Assembly (NCBI GenBank): GCA_963666055.2
Contig: CAXWPH010000015.1
Location: forward strand, 192,001-256,000
Source of the DNA: Acidobacteriota bacterium
GTDB lineage: Bacteria; Acidobacteriota; UBA890; WLXD01
Direction: 5' to 3'
DNA: 64,000 nucleotides
The position numbers and the translations under genes were made by a program. Shown piece after piece: positions 24,572 through 35,278 of this stretch (position 1 is its first letter; each line of letters begins with the position of its first letter). Under the pieces are notes generated by a model. The model worked only from the letters and a program-made list of their open reading frames with translations, was not told the DNA's origin and searched no databases.

Positions 24572-25944
24572 TGACCTTGCCCCGCTTTCCCGGACACTTA
24601 GTTAAGATCCATTGTCGTAGTCGTATTAGCGGCTGTGGGAGCTGTTGGCAACGCGGAGCGTTGTCCAAGCGACGGTGGAAATCGGGAGTCGATTTCCACG
24701 GGCGCGTCAGCTTCCACAGCTGATTGGCCGCTCTGGCCTGGCCGCCGCATTGCCGCCTCCAACTGAGCCGGACTCTGGTGTCCGATCGAGGTGTGCATGC
24801 GAGCCCGGTTGTAGAACACTTCGATGTAGTGGAACAACTCGGCTCGGGCCGCCGCCCGGGAACTGAAGCAGCCACCGAGTTCGAACTTCAGGGTAGAGAA
24901 GAAACTTTCCATCGGCGCGTTATCCCAGCAGTCTCCTTTCCTGCTCATGCTGATGGTGAAGCCACGGTCACGCAGCTTGTCTAGGTAATCGTCGCTGCTG
25001 TACTGGCTGCCGCGGTCGCTGTGATGGAGCACTCCGGAACCGGGACGGCGTTGCTCCAAGGCCTGATCCAGGACCGCCAGCGTCAAATCGTCCGTCATCG
25101 TCTCGCTCACCGCCCAGCCGATGATCCGTCGCGAGCACAGATCCATCAGCACGGCCAGGTATAGGCATCCTTCCTGCGTCCACAGGTATGTCAGGTCGCC
25201 CACCCAGACGCTGTCCACGGCATCCACCGTGAAGCGCCGTGCCAGCACGTTGGGCGCCGCTGACCGCCCAGGTGTGGGCCGTGTTGTCACCCGGAACCGA
25301 CGGGGTTGGCGAGCTCGAAGTCCTTCCTGGCGCATCAGCCGAGCTACCCGCTTGCGAGAGCAGCGGATCCCTCGTTGCCGAAGTTGCTTGTGGATGCGCG
25401 GACTTCCGTAACGGTCGCGGCTCTCTCGGAATGCAGCTCTGATCTGCACACGTAGACGGCGATCTTCTCGCGCTCTCGGACTCGGTGCCCGTCCTCGCCA
25501 CTCGTAGTAACCGCCGTGAGACACCTCGAGCATCTTGCACAACCGCCGCACCGGGAACTTGCCGGACAGTTGCTTGATGATCGGGTACTTCATCGCGGGC
25601 GTTCCGAGAAGATCGCCAACGCTTTTTTTAGAATGTCGCGCTCCTGCCGTACTCGCCGCAGGTCCCGCCGTAGCTGTTGCCCGTCCAGGTCCTGGTCGGG
25701 CATCTTCCCCGCGCCCGGAAACGCCGTGACCCCCTGCTCCTGGAGCTGTTTGCGCCACTTGGTCAACATGCCGCGGCCAACACCCAGATCCCGGGCCACC
25801 TCAGACACCGGATGGCCCAGCTGCGTCACCATCCTCACTGCCTCAATCTTGAACTCGCGACTGTACCGCCGTCGTGACCCCATGCTTCACCTCCGAGCCC
25901 ATTATCGGGCTTCCAAAGGTGTCCGGGAAATCGGGGGAGGCCCA
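24572..25944 (-). mobile_element. Apparently intact IS3-family element (1373 bp)
   Basis: IRs TGACCTTGCCCCGCTTTCCCGGACAC / TGGGCCTCCCCCGATTTCCCGGACAC; orfA 25590-25883; A-AAA-AAG -1 slippery site; orfB WVGDLTY, HSDRGSQY, DNAPMESFF. Confidence 0.94.
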
Positions 25945-26225
25945 TCGCGACAATCCGCGAAGATCCTTGCACCGTCGGTTGACGGCGATCGATCGGTGGT
26001 CGACCTTCTTCCGCAAGACCCCGGGGAAATGGGCCGCCTTGCCATGATGTTTGGAGACATTCTGGATCGCTTTTTCCCTGCGACGTTCGTGGATGTAGAT
26101 CAGGTACGGGCAGCCTATAGGAATACTCTAGAGCGCTGGTTGGAAGCGTGGAGTGGCCACTTTCAATAGGCAAGTCTCCCCACACACGAAGCTAAATGGA
26201 TTTGTTGTACGGGGTGTGGGAGCTT

Positions 26226-26558
26226 TCAGGACTTTGCAGATTTCTCTGCCGCCGGTTCCTCAGGGATCGCCTGGTACCTCACGCGTCCCTTCGTCTTGCG
26301 CCTCTTGGCCTTACCTGTATCTACGAGCTTCTCCAGCCCGTACACGATCGTCTGGTGGGCGAACTCTTGGCCCTGTTTGCTGAGGCTACGCTGGATTTCG
26401 GCCACCGTCATCGACTCGCTGCTGCTGCTTAACAACTCCACCGTCAGCTCGTAGATCCGTCTCCGTTTCGGATGCTGACGCCTCTTGCGGGCCTTCTTTC
26501 TGGCCGGCGCCTTCTTCTTCGCCGGCAACGTAGCCTTGGCCGACGTTGTGGGATCCAT
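26226..26558 (-). CDS. Basic winged-helix-like DNA-binding protein; start uncertain
   Basis: Lys/Arg-rich N-terminus, then MTVAEIQRSL..HQTIVYGLEKLVDTGKA..RVRY. Confidence 0.5.
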   Translation of the reverse strand: MDPTTSAKATLPAKKKAPARKKARKRRQHPKRRRIYELTVELLSSSSESMTVAEIQRSLSKQGQEFAHQTIVYGLEKLVDTGKAKRRKTKGRVRYQAIPEEPAAEKSAKS

Positions 26559-26639
26559 GAGAGAGGCGACGCTACAGCAACCGGGCAGGTCTGCCAGCGT
26601 CGCCTTCAGCCGCCGGTTTTCCAGCTCCGTGAAAGCCGT

Positions 26640-26878
26640 CGCCCCTTGTTGACATCCATTCCGCCGTACTGGCAGATCAGCTGGACGTTGTCGTGGTCCC
26701 AGAAGCGCTCGGGCGCCAGGTGGGCGGGCTCGATGTGGTCGAGCTACTCGGCGGCGACCTTGAAGCCTGCTTCGGCGCAGGGACGGCACAACGGTTCATC
26801 GCGGAGGATTCCGGCGCGCCACGTGCGATAGCGGCGCGTCCAGCGCAGACGGCGGAGTGCTTCGGGCTCGATCGACAT
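26640..26878 (-). pseudogene. Phage packaging-type HNH endonuclease remnant (copy 1)
   Basis: WRAGILRDEPLCRPCAEAG..AE*LDHIEP..FWDHDNVQLIC, with an internal TAG. Confidence 0.82.
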
Positions 26879-27094
26879 TTTCGTTCGTGCCCATTTCGTG
26901 CCAGGCCACGAAGGAGGATCAACACCATTATTGTCAATGACTTATGCGGTGTTCCGTAGGACGGAGGACAGGGCCAAAAGACGCTCCTGGACAAATGGAC
27001 CCCTTCTTCACAACCCTACTGACGCCATTCCAATAAGACCGTACGCCTTTTTAATCAACGACTTAGCGTCTTCTTCAAAGCTTCTGGGGTTCGT

Positions 27095-27185
27095 CCCCGA
27101 AAAGTTCCTTTGCTTACATATCGCAAGGCACTGAGCGGTATCCGGGTGAGGGCCCTAGTTTACTTTGGTGGCCCCCCGTAAAATC
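27095..27185 (-). repeat. Conserved non-coding cos-like motif upstream of HNH (copy 1)
   Basis: GGGGGGCCACCAAAGTAAAC..GGATACCG..AGTGCCTTGCGATATGTAAGCAAAGGAA, homologous to 44395-44490. Confidence 0.6.
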
Positions 27186-27519
27186 CTTATTCCATTGATG
27201 TTAAGGCCTGGTGCAAGTGGCTGCATGCGTGTGGTCCTCGAGGGCTCGAAATCGCGTGACGAGCGCTCGAGCTCGAGAGTGGGGGCTCTATCTATGTTCG
27301 GTCAGCCCCCGACGCAGCGCACCGCGTAGCACGTCGCGGCTGACACCGTACTTGGCGGCGAGCGCGCGCTGACTCATGCCGGCGTCGTGATGGCGCACCA
27401 GGTCGACGGCCTGGCTGTCGTCGGGCTTTGTGAGCACCAGGGCCAGGTCATTACCGAACGAGGGCGTGCGTGTTTGTGAAACCGTGTGCGGCGCGTTAGC
27501 TCGCGCGCGAGTTGCGACG

Positions 27520-27640
27520 AGCCATCACCACGACGTACTCCGATGCCGGGCTCCCGGAAAGCGTCGAGGATGCCGCGCTGGAAGGGCCGCCAGTCGGTGC
27601 GCCACCGGTTGCCCGCCTGACTGCGCCCGTCACCACTACA
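27520..27640 (-). pseudogene. Lambda GpA-type large terminase N-terminal fragment
   Basis: RWRTDWRPFQRGILDAFREPGI / EYVVVM. Confidence 0.65.
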
Positions 27641-27642
27641 AC

Positions 27643-27693
27643 CAGCACCGAGTTACTGAGATAAGACGTGGTACTAACCGTGGGGTCAGGTCA
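27643..27693 (+). mobile_element. Solo right end of the IS3 at 16768-18027
   Basis: 51 bp identical to the reverse complement of 16768-16818. Confidence 0.9.
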
Positions 27694-27821
27694 GCCGCGG
27701 CCACCTCACAAAAAAATCTGCTCAGCAAAGCAAATAAGCCTACATTGAGGCGCGAATTCAGCGGATTCTGTGCGCTCAGGACCGTGCGCCATGCTCTCAG
27801 GTGCACGAGGAGGATTGGAGG

Positions 27822-29912
27822 ATGAGGATCTTGTCGCCCCTGCGTCCGCTGATGGCGCCGTTGTTGTCCGCGGCTTTATTGGCGCCGCTTCTCAGCACGA
27901 CGGCGCGCGCGGCACCGATACGAGATCCGGCCCAGCAGGAGCAGGAAGAGCAGCAGCAGGAGCAGCAGACGACCAACATCCAAGAGGTCGTCGTTGTAAC
28001 GGCGTCGCGCACCGAGGAGCTGTTGCTGGAGGCACCGACTGCGATCACCGTTATCGCCGCCGCCGACATCGCGCTGAGCGCGGCGCAGAACTACGCTGAC
28101 CTGATGCGCGGCGTGCCTGGACTGAACGTCATCCAGACGAGCGCTCGGGATGTCAGCATGTCGTCTCGCTCGTCCACCAACACACTGGATGCATCCCAGT
28201 TGGTGCTCATCGACGGGCGGACCGTGTACCTGGACTTCTTCGGGTTCGTCGCCTGGGACCTGTTGCCGCTGGATTTCTCCGAGATCGAGCAGATCGAGGT
28301 GATTCGCGGTCCGGGATCGGCGGTCTGGGGAGCCAACGCTCTTAGCGGCGTAGTGAACATCATCACCAAGTCCCCGAGGCAGTACGGCAACGCATTCCGG
28401 GTGCGCATGGGTGGCGGTGAGCGCGGCACTGGATTCGCCTCGATCACCTATTCGGGCATACGCGGCAAAACATCATTTCGGGTGACCGGGGCCTATTCAA
28501 CGCAGGATCCGTGGGACCGACCGGGTCCGTTGCCCAACGGCATCTCGCGGGATACGTTTTCGAATCAGGGCTCCCGACAACCGAAGTTCGACTCCCGTGT
28601 CGATGTTGACACGGGAGTCGACTCGTACTTGTCGCTTTCCGCCGGTGTCGCCGGCACGGGCGGCACGATCCACTCCGGCATTGGCCCATTTTCGATCTTC
28701 GACGGCATGACCTTCTCGTACGCGCGTGCCGATTACAACTGGCGGCTGTGGAACTTTCGGGCCTACGCTAACTTCGTCGACGGCGACTCCCTCAACATAC
28801 TGAACGGACTGCCGTTCAATTTCAGGACCCAGACCTACGATTTTTCGGCTACGAACACGTCGCTTCTCGGGCCGCATGCAGTCACCTACGGTGGAAACTA
28901 TCGCAAGCTGAGCTTCGACCTGTCGATTGCCCCAGGGGAGGACAATCGTACCGAGGGAGGGAGCTTCGCCACCTTCGATCTCGATATCAATGACTACGTG
29001 ACGATCAACGCCGGAGTTCGAGGCGACTATTTTGATGTCATCGACGGCGCGGTGACTTCGCCGCGCGGGGCGATTCTGTTTCACCCGGCCGGATCATCAA
29101 ATCACGTGATCCGCGCCGGCTTCGGTCGTGCCTTCCGAGTTCCCTCGCTGGTCAATAGCTACCTCGAGGTGGAGATCTTCAACGCCGTCAACGTGGGCCC
29201 ACCGATCGGGCAGATCGTCTTTCCGACCACTGCCGTGGGGAATCCCGAACTGGTCGAGGAGCGGCTGGATCAGTTCGAGATCGGCTACCGCGGCTCGGTG
29301 GCGAACGGCAAGTTCTCCTGGGACATCGCTGCCTACCGCACCGAGACCAAGGACAGCATCGACTTCTACACCAGCGAGACGTATACGGCCTTCAACCCAC
29401 CTCCAGACTGGTCGCTGCCGACGTTCCTGTTGCCGCCCTTCGGTCCCGTGGCGTTGCCGGCGCTGTTCACCTACCGCAACATCGGCGAGATCGTGAATAA
29501 GGGTTTCGAGGTCAGCTTGCGATACCTTCCGATGGCGCGCAATACGGTGATGGCCAACTACTCGTATCAGGCCGAGCGCGAGGTCAAGGGCATCCCTGAG
29601 CAGGACATCGGGATCTCGCCAGAGCACCGCTTCAACGTCTCGTACAACGGCTGGAGCGGCAATCTGTACTACGGCGCTTCCGTCAATCACGTCGGCGAGG
29701 CTTACTGGACGGATGTCCTAGACTCCCGCTTCTGGGGCACTACCGAGTCCTACACGACGCTCGACACGACGCTCGGCTACATGTTCCTCGACGGCACGGC
29801 AGAGGCTTCAGTGCGCGCTACGAACCTCACCGACGTCGGCGTGCTGCAGCACATCTATGGCGACATCATTGGTCGGCGCGTGGTGTTTGAGCTGTCGGTC
29901 AGCATCAGATAG
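27822..29912 (+). CDS. TonB-dependent receptor
   Basis: GGAGG RBS and signal peptide; EVVVVTASR, LVLIDGRTVY, IEVIRGPGSAVWGANALSGVVNIITK, GNPEL. Confidence 0.93.
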   Translation: MRILSPLRPLMAPLLSAALLAPLLSTTARAAPIRDPAQQEQEEQQQEQQTTNIQEVVVVTASRTEELLLEAPTAITVIAAADIALSAAQNYADLMRGVPGLNVIQTSARDVSMSSRSSTNTLDASQLVLIDGRTVYLDFFGFVAWDLLPLDFSEIEQIEVIRGPGSAVWGANALSGVVNIITKSPRQYGNAFRVRMGGGERGTGFASITYSGIRGKTSFRVTGAYSTQDPWDRPGPLPNGISRDTFSNQGSRQPKFDSRVDVDTGVDSYLSLSAGVAGTGGTIHSGIGPFSIFDGMTFSYARADYNWRLWNFRAYANFVDGDSLNILNGLPFNFRTQTYDFSATNTSLLGPHAVTYGGNYRKLSFDLSIAPGEDNRTEGGSFATFDLDINDYVTINAGVRGDYFDVIDGAVTSPRGAILFHPAGSSNHVIRAGFGRAFRVPSLVNSYLEVEIFNAVNVGPPIGQIVFPTTAVGNPELVEERLDQFEIGYRGSVANGKFSWDIAAYRTETKDSIDFYTSETYTAFNPPPDWSLPTFLLPPFGPVALPALFTYRNIGEIVNKGFEVSLRYLPMARNTVMANYSYQAEREVKGIPEQDIGISPEHRFNVSYNGWSGNLYYGASVNHVGEAYWTDVLDSRFWGTTESYTTLDTTLGYMFLDGTAEASVRATNLTDVGVLQHIYGDIIGRRVVFELSVSIR

Positions 29913-30106
29913 TGATGGCATGGTCCGACTCACCAGTCGGGCTCGGGGATCACCTTGCCCGCTACCGATCTGGACGATCGGTGGTGTGGGATGGGCCTGT
30001 CATGCTAGCGATGCTACACTCGGCGCCGCACCACAGAAATGGGCGAGGCTAGGGTTCCTCGTGGCGTAGGAATGAGACCCCGCCGCTGAACCAGGAGTGA
30101 ACGTTT

Positions 30107-31104
30107 ATGCGCAAGGCAAGTGTTGTGTTCACCGCAGCCGTTCCGACGATCGCCGTAGCCGCGCTTGTGATCGCGGGGCTCGACGTTCGCCCGTTGAGGG
30201 CAGGTGACCACTTCGACTCGCCCAGCGTCCTCAAGGACGGCCGCACTGACATCGGCGATGTCTACATCTTCCCGGCCCAGAAGAAGAAGAGAGAAACGAC
30301 GCTGATCATGACCGTGGCCCCGCTCGCGGGCCTATTGAGCCCGGCGGAGTTCAACGACGAGGCCCACTACATCTTCAACTTCGACAACGACGGAGACTTC
30401 AAGGTCGACCGCCAGTGGGCGGTGGCCTTCGATGGTGACAACATGCAGTTAGCCTCGATGGCGTAGAGATGGGCTCAGGCTCATATGGGCGGCGGCCAAT
30501 CCGGCTCGACGGCGGCGGGCGGGCGAATGCAGGGATGTTCGACGATCCCTTCTACTTTGATCTGCTGGCGGCGCAGAACGGGCTGGCGTTCTGTCCGGGG
30601 GGTGTGGGTTTCGACTTTTTCTCCAACGCCAACGTGATGGCGATCATCCTTGACATACCGAACGGCAGCGTCGGGCTAGATGTGCTGCCCGGGGTGAACT
30701 TCTGGGGCTCAGTGCAGATAGGTAACAAGCAGATCGACCGCATGGGCCGTCCGTTCATCAACCTGTTTTTGGTGGGGCCATTGAAAAAGAACCAGAACGC
30801 CTTCAACAAGAACAAGAGGCCCCACAACGACCCCAAGAGGTTCGGCACGGTGGTCAACAACAACGTGATGGCGCTCGGCGCCGACGAAGCGACCGCCGCG
30901 GTGCTGGTGGCCGCGCTGCTGCCCGACGTGATGCAGTACAGTCGGCAGGCAGAGAGTATGTTCCCGAACGGCCGCGGGCTCGCTGACGACGTTGCCAACA
31001 TCACCCTGGCGTTGTTGACAAGCAACCCGGCAGCGACCGACTGCGTCGACGGCAACGACGGGGAGTTCTCCAAGAAGTTCCCGTACCTCGCCGCCGCCCA
31101 CTGA
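30107..31104 (+). pseudogene. DUF4331 family secreted protein, frameshifted near 30450
   Basis: AGDHFDSP, DIGDVYIF, DDPFYFD, QIDRMGRP, FPNGRGLADDV, FPYLAAAH; the two halves are in different frames. Confidence 0.82.
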
Positions 31105-31109
31105 CCGGG

Positions 31110-32068
31110 CGAGATGAAAGCCGCCGACCGCCTCCCGAAACAAGATCCCAGAATGCGCTGAGATCCCAGGCGGCGAGCCGCTCGGCACGTTTCGCTTCTT
31201 CAACCGCCCATTGCTCGAACGAGCTCGTATAAGTGTCGATCCAGTCCTCATGCCCGCGCGCTTCGGCCAGCATCAGGTTGTAGAGGAGGCTGGCTCCGTG
31301 CATGACCTCCGAGAAGATCCGCGCGTGTTTCAGCTGCCGCCGGATGCGCGTTGGGAACTCCGCCGCTGCCACGTGCTCCCAGGCAAAGCCCACGCGATCC
31401 CAGGGCTCTTCCACCTGGTCCACGAGGTGGGCCAAGAGCGTGCAGGGTGCTGCGCTCAGGATGCGCTCCCGCAGATACTCGGCCTCACTGAATCGGAGCC
31501 TAAGCTCGGCGCCCTCCGGAAAACCAGCTGGCGGGTCAGGGATGTGTGGATGCCAGTTGGTGGGCTCCGGGCTTGAAGCTTCGTTTTCACGATCACGCGC
31601 TTGACGACCCTTGAGTCGAACATAGAACTGGTCGAGGCTGCGGTGGTATTGAGCCTGGGATCCCTGAAACTGCAGAATCCCCCAACGCCGAAGCCCCGCC
31701 CAGTAGACGCTGCTAGGCATCCGCTTCACGGCTGCTCCTGCCTCGCCGCCGATGACACCTTTGACGTCGTCGCTCTCAGAGAGGTGCTTGATCAGACGTC
31801 CTTCGGCGCGGCGGAAGCGAATCCCGATGCGCGAGCTCCGCACCGCTCGCCGCTCGAAGTCACGACACATCCAGGGGATGAAAAGGAAGTACCGGGCGCG
31901 GGTCTGGATCGTCGTCGTGCCAGGGAACAGCAACTCGGCCAACGGGTCCCGAACCCCTGCCAGGCCGAGCTCGTCGCGCGTGTCACGTATCTGGAACAGC
32001 GAGATGACGTCGAGCGCGCGGCGTCGCTCCTGTTCCGAATAATCCAGCCACGCGAAGCTAGAAGTCAT
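31110..32068 (-). pseudogene. DUF6361 protein (Azaca ZacA-like defence component), C-terminally truncated
   Basis: FAWLDYS, RDELGL..VRD..LFPGTTTIQTRARYFLFIPW, PSSVYWAGLRRWGI; the tail runs antisense into DUF4331. Confidence 0.75.
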
Positions 32069-32164
32069 CGCCTCAGATCCGTCTAGGCTCCGGGAAAGGC
32101 TGCCGTCGATTGACCCTGTCTTTCGGAGCGGCGCTGATGCCGGTTCGGTGGCTCGAACTCCATC

Positions 32165-32248
32165 TGAAGCGCAGATGGTACCAGCCGCCCTTGTTGAGCA
32201 CTTGGGCTGTCGGGTTGTCCTCGTGGAGCCGCTGCATAATCATCACGT
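32165..32248 (-). pseudogene. Fragment resembling a phage large terminase motif
   Basis: VMIMQRLHEDNPTAQVLNKGGWYHL. Confidence 0.5.
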
Positions 32249-32299
32249 GCGCTGCGCCCCTCGAAGCTCCGCGCGTCGAGAGCGTCTGACTGGCGCGGC

Positions 32300-32362
32300 C
32301 CTGACTTTCGATGCCCCCGGTTGAACAGGCATACGCAGGTGCGCGGAGACGCCGGCCGGCGG
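32300..32362 (-). repeat. cos-like motif (copy 2)
   Basis: CCGGCGTCT..CCTGTTCAACCGGGGGCATCGAAAGT, homologous to 40320-40375. Confidence 0.55.
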
Positions 32363-32638
32363 CCGACCAGAGGCAGGGTAAGCGCAAAACGGCCCGCGAG
32401 ACGCTTCAGCAGCGTATACACAGGCGAAAACCTCGGGCGGTGATGCGGGATCCTCCCCCATTGTGGCTGCGTCTGTCGGGGTTGTGGAAAACCTCCACCC
32501 GGACAAGACAAGAATCCGGCGCGCTGCCAGCGCTCAAGAGCTAACGATCTCCTCCAAGAGCGCTCTGGTCGATGAACCGCAGTCCAACCGCCGGCACGCC
32601 GCGGGTCCGAAACCACCGCCGTGGGCCGTGCGTTCGCT

Positions 32639-33007
32639 CTAGAACGCGATCGCACCTGCCCTCAGCAGATTGGTCAGGTGGGCAACCACGTTCGACTTCC
32701 GTCTCTTGAAATAGAAAACTCGTCCTTGCTCATTGTCGCTCACGTGATAGCAATTCCAGCGCTCCAGCCCCATGTCATTGAGCCGTCTATCCAAGTCCTC
32801 CAGATCAGCGTTTGCTACCTTGAGTGACGTGTACTCGATGGCCCAGAGGTCCTGGAGCTCTTCTGCCGACAGGTCACGCAATTCGCCTGCCCTCGTCCGC
32901 GCGTCATCAATTATCTCCTGAGCATCCTCTCGCAACTCAGCCAACGGAGCCTGCTGACACCCGACAGAAAGCACCATCATTGACACGACAATTCGTATGG
33001 TTCGCAT
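32639..33007 (-). CDS. Small lipoprotein with a DUF4177-like C-terminus
   Basis: LSVGC lipobox; EY..LDRRLNDMGLERW..FYFKR. Confidence 0.65.
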   Translation of the reverse strand: MRTIRIVVSMMVLSVGCQQAPLAELREDAQEIIDDARTRAGELRDLSAEELQDLWAIEYTSLKVANADLEDLDRRLNDMGLERWNCYHVSDNEQGRVFYFKRRKSNVVAHLTNLLRAGAIAF

Positions 33008-33037
33008 ATCGTTCTCACCCTATGTAGCCAGTGACAG

Positions 33038-33144
33038 TGACCTGACCCCGCGGTTAGTACCACGTCGTATCTCAGTAACTCGGTGCTGACAAGAGGACGT
33101 TGAGGCCGGCGAAGCGGAACGCAGCCGGGTTCAACAACAGCGCC
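33038..33144 (-). mobile_element. Solo right end of the IS3 family seen at 16768
   Basis: TGACCTGACCCCGCGGTTAGTACCACGTC.. closely matches 16768-16874. Confidence 0.88.
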
Positions 33145-33174
33145 TTGATCGGCCCTCAGGCTCGCCCACAGAGC

Positions 33175-33450
33175 GCCACGTTCACTACCTGGAGCGGGTA
33201 TGCGTCGTGTGCCACGTGGTACGCCACCGGGTTGAGCACGATGCTCGTCTTGCCCCATTGGCTCGATTCCCATCACGACGACGTGTCGATGCCGGGCTCG
33301 CGGAAGGCGTCGAGGACGCCGCGTTGAAATGGCGCGTGTCGGAAACGGTCCGCTGGCGCGGCAGTTCGAGTGCGCGGGCCCAGAGGTCGCGGTGACCTCG
33401 AGCTCGGCGCGCACCGCCTTCGGGCCGCCCCATGTGCGCGGCTCGTGCCA
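33175..33450 (-). pseudogene. Second GpA-type large terminase fragment
   Basis: APFQRGVLDAFREPGID / VVVM / SSQWGKTSIVLNPVAYHVAHDAYPLQVV (Walker A region) across frameshifts. Confidence 0.68.
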
Positions 33451-33499
33451 CCCGGCTTGAGATCGTGGCCGGCCAGGCGAGCATGATCGTCTTGCAGCT

Positions 33500-33625
33500 G
33501 ATGGTGCGGTTCATCGAGGAGCATCGTGACGGCTACTCGGTTGAGCCGATCTGCGCGCAGGTGCCGATCCACCTCGTCCAGGTACTATGAGCACAAGAGT
33601 CGTCAGGCAGATCCCACGAGCGCAT
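33500..33625 (+). mobile_element. IS3-family orfB N-terminal fragment
   Basis: MVRFIEEHRDGYSVEPICAQVPI / SRYYEHK. Confidence 0.7.
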
Positions 33626-33936
33626 CGGGGCGGCACAGGAACCTCGCCGCCGCGGGCGCTTCCCTTGGTTGCAATGCAGGCCGGACGCTGACTCTCGCCC
33701 GCCATGCCGGCTCGCTACGCATGCGGACAGTTCGCTACCCGGAGCGCCGTGGCGCGGGTGCGCTTCGGGCCAATAGCGGTTGTAGGAGCGCGCGCGAACT
33801 GATGGCATGATGGCAGTCGCCGCCAGCCTTGCAATTGCGGCGAGCGTGCTACTCGCGAGCACTGCAATCTCGGCACAGGAGGACCTCAACGTGACGCTCT
33901 GCCCTTCCCCACCTTCGTAGCTTCACCCGACGCTGA

Positions 33937-34359
33937 ATGCCATACCGACCGATCTCGACGCGGCTACTCCGAGTAGAGGAATTCCAACGTGCCATCCAGG
34001 GGCTTCAAGTTGGCGACCGGTTGCGTATCACCAGCTTCGACGAAAGGCCTGTTTCGGCCGTAGTGTACACGCGCGGCGGGGGCTTCTTGGGAACGGGCCG
34101 CCAGGTCGGCTATCTGAGCAACGCAATTGCACGAAAGGTCGCGGAGTACGAGAGCAGTGGCGGGTTCGTCTATGCAGTAGTTACAAAGCGCTTGCCGCTG
34201 GGCGCTGAGATTGACGTTTGCTTCACTGACGATGTGGCCGAACTGATGCCCGCATCGAAACCGGGATACGATGCCGAGATCGCCGGCGGGTGCGGTTTCC
34301 TGCTGGTCTTGGTCGTCCTGGTCGTCCTGGTGACCGCGCTGCTGACCTGGGCCTGTTGA
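33937..34359 (+). CDS. HIRAN-like domain protein with C-terminal membrane anchor
   Basis: LQVGDRLRI..AVVY..RQVGYLSNAIA; hydrophobic tail. Confidence 0.6.
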   Translation: MPYRPISTRLLRVEEFQRAIQGLQVGDRLRITSFDERPVSAVVYTRGGGFLGTGRQVGYLSNAIARKVAEYESSGGFVYAVVTKRLPLGAEIDVCFTDDVAELMPASKPGYDAEIAGGCGFLLVLVVLVVLVTALLTWAC

Positions 34360-34449
34360 CGTGGCGTTCTCACGGTCGGCGGCCTCCGTGTCGCGGGATC
34401 CGGTGGCTTCAGGCAGCCGATCGACAGGCTATGGCGGTCATTCCAGATT

Positions 34450-34600
34450 GCTTCGAGAATCTTGTCCTTGTGAACGCGGATGGCCTCGAGCAACTCCGGG
34501 ATCGGAGGGACGTGGCACGGAGATGCAGCCTTCGCCCGCACGCGTGCATGCTGATGCCTTCCGTCCGGGCTCGTCGGATCAATCGCTCGGCGACACTCAA
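34450..34600 (-). pseudogene. TubC-N-like small phage/satellite protein, frameshifted
   Basis: SVAERLIRRARTEGISMHACGRRLHLRA / PIPELLEAIRVHKDKILEAI. Confidence 0.55.
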
Positions 34601-34688
34601 AGCGAAACACTCCACTCGGCATCTGCCTGAGCCGGTTCCGTGTTCGGGCCCGCTTTCTCGGCACTGTTCGCGGAAGGCATCCTTTCAA

Positions 34689-34754
34689 CCGGTACATCCG
34701 GTACAAGCCCTGTCGGCCGAGCATGGTCTGTACCGGCTGTACCGCTTGTACCGG
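34689..34754. repeat. Converging 9-bp-period repeats (putative replication-origin iterons)
   Basis: CCGGTACA twice, then TGTACCG(G) three times. Confidence 0.6.
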
Positions 34755-34811
34755 ATGAGTCGGTGCCGGTATGGGTGCAACTACCCTCCTCCGGGGCGTG
34801 GCGTTCCCACG

Positions 34812-35112
34812 CCTCGCGGTTCGCGACTGGCTCGGTAGGCTCGGCGTGGGGACGCTGTTGATCGAGCCGGGCTCGCCTTGGGACAACGGTTACGTGGAGA
34901 GCTTCAACGGCAAGCTCAGAGACGAGTTGCTGGATAAAGAGATCTTCTACACGCTCGCCGAGGGCAAAGGCCTTGGGTGCAGGGCTGGCGCCGTGAGTAC
35001 AACCAGGTGCGGCCCCATTGCTCACTCGGCTATCGGCCATCCGCACCCGAAATGACGTTGCCAGCTCCGATTCTATGAGTTACGAAACGGCCCAATCACC
35101 TGGGGCAGGTCA
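34812..35112 (+). mobile_element. IS3-family orfB 3' fragment and right end
   Basis: [38 protein letters not shown]; terminus GGGGCAGGTCA. Confidence 0.85.
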
Positions 35113-35278
35113 CAGTTCGATCCCAACCGCATTGGCGCCCTCAGCTGTTCGACCATCGCATCGCCTCCAGCAGCCCTTCGAGGTGCGCCATGCACTCGCA
35201 AATCCGGCGAGCACGCGTGGCTAGAATCTCAACCAACAGAATCAGTGACTTGCATGCCAATGTGGGAGCTGGCAGGCG

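Noticed and set aside
27310-27440. HTH-like fragment (DAGMSQRALAAKYGVSRDVLRGAL, minus strand)
   Set aside because: Plausible element remnant but too short, with no clear start, to call as a gene.
30464-30469. Possible TAG read-through (pyrrolysine) in DUF4331
   Set aside because: The downstream half is in a different frame, so this is a single-base frameshift.
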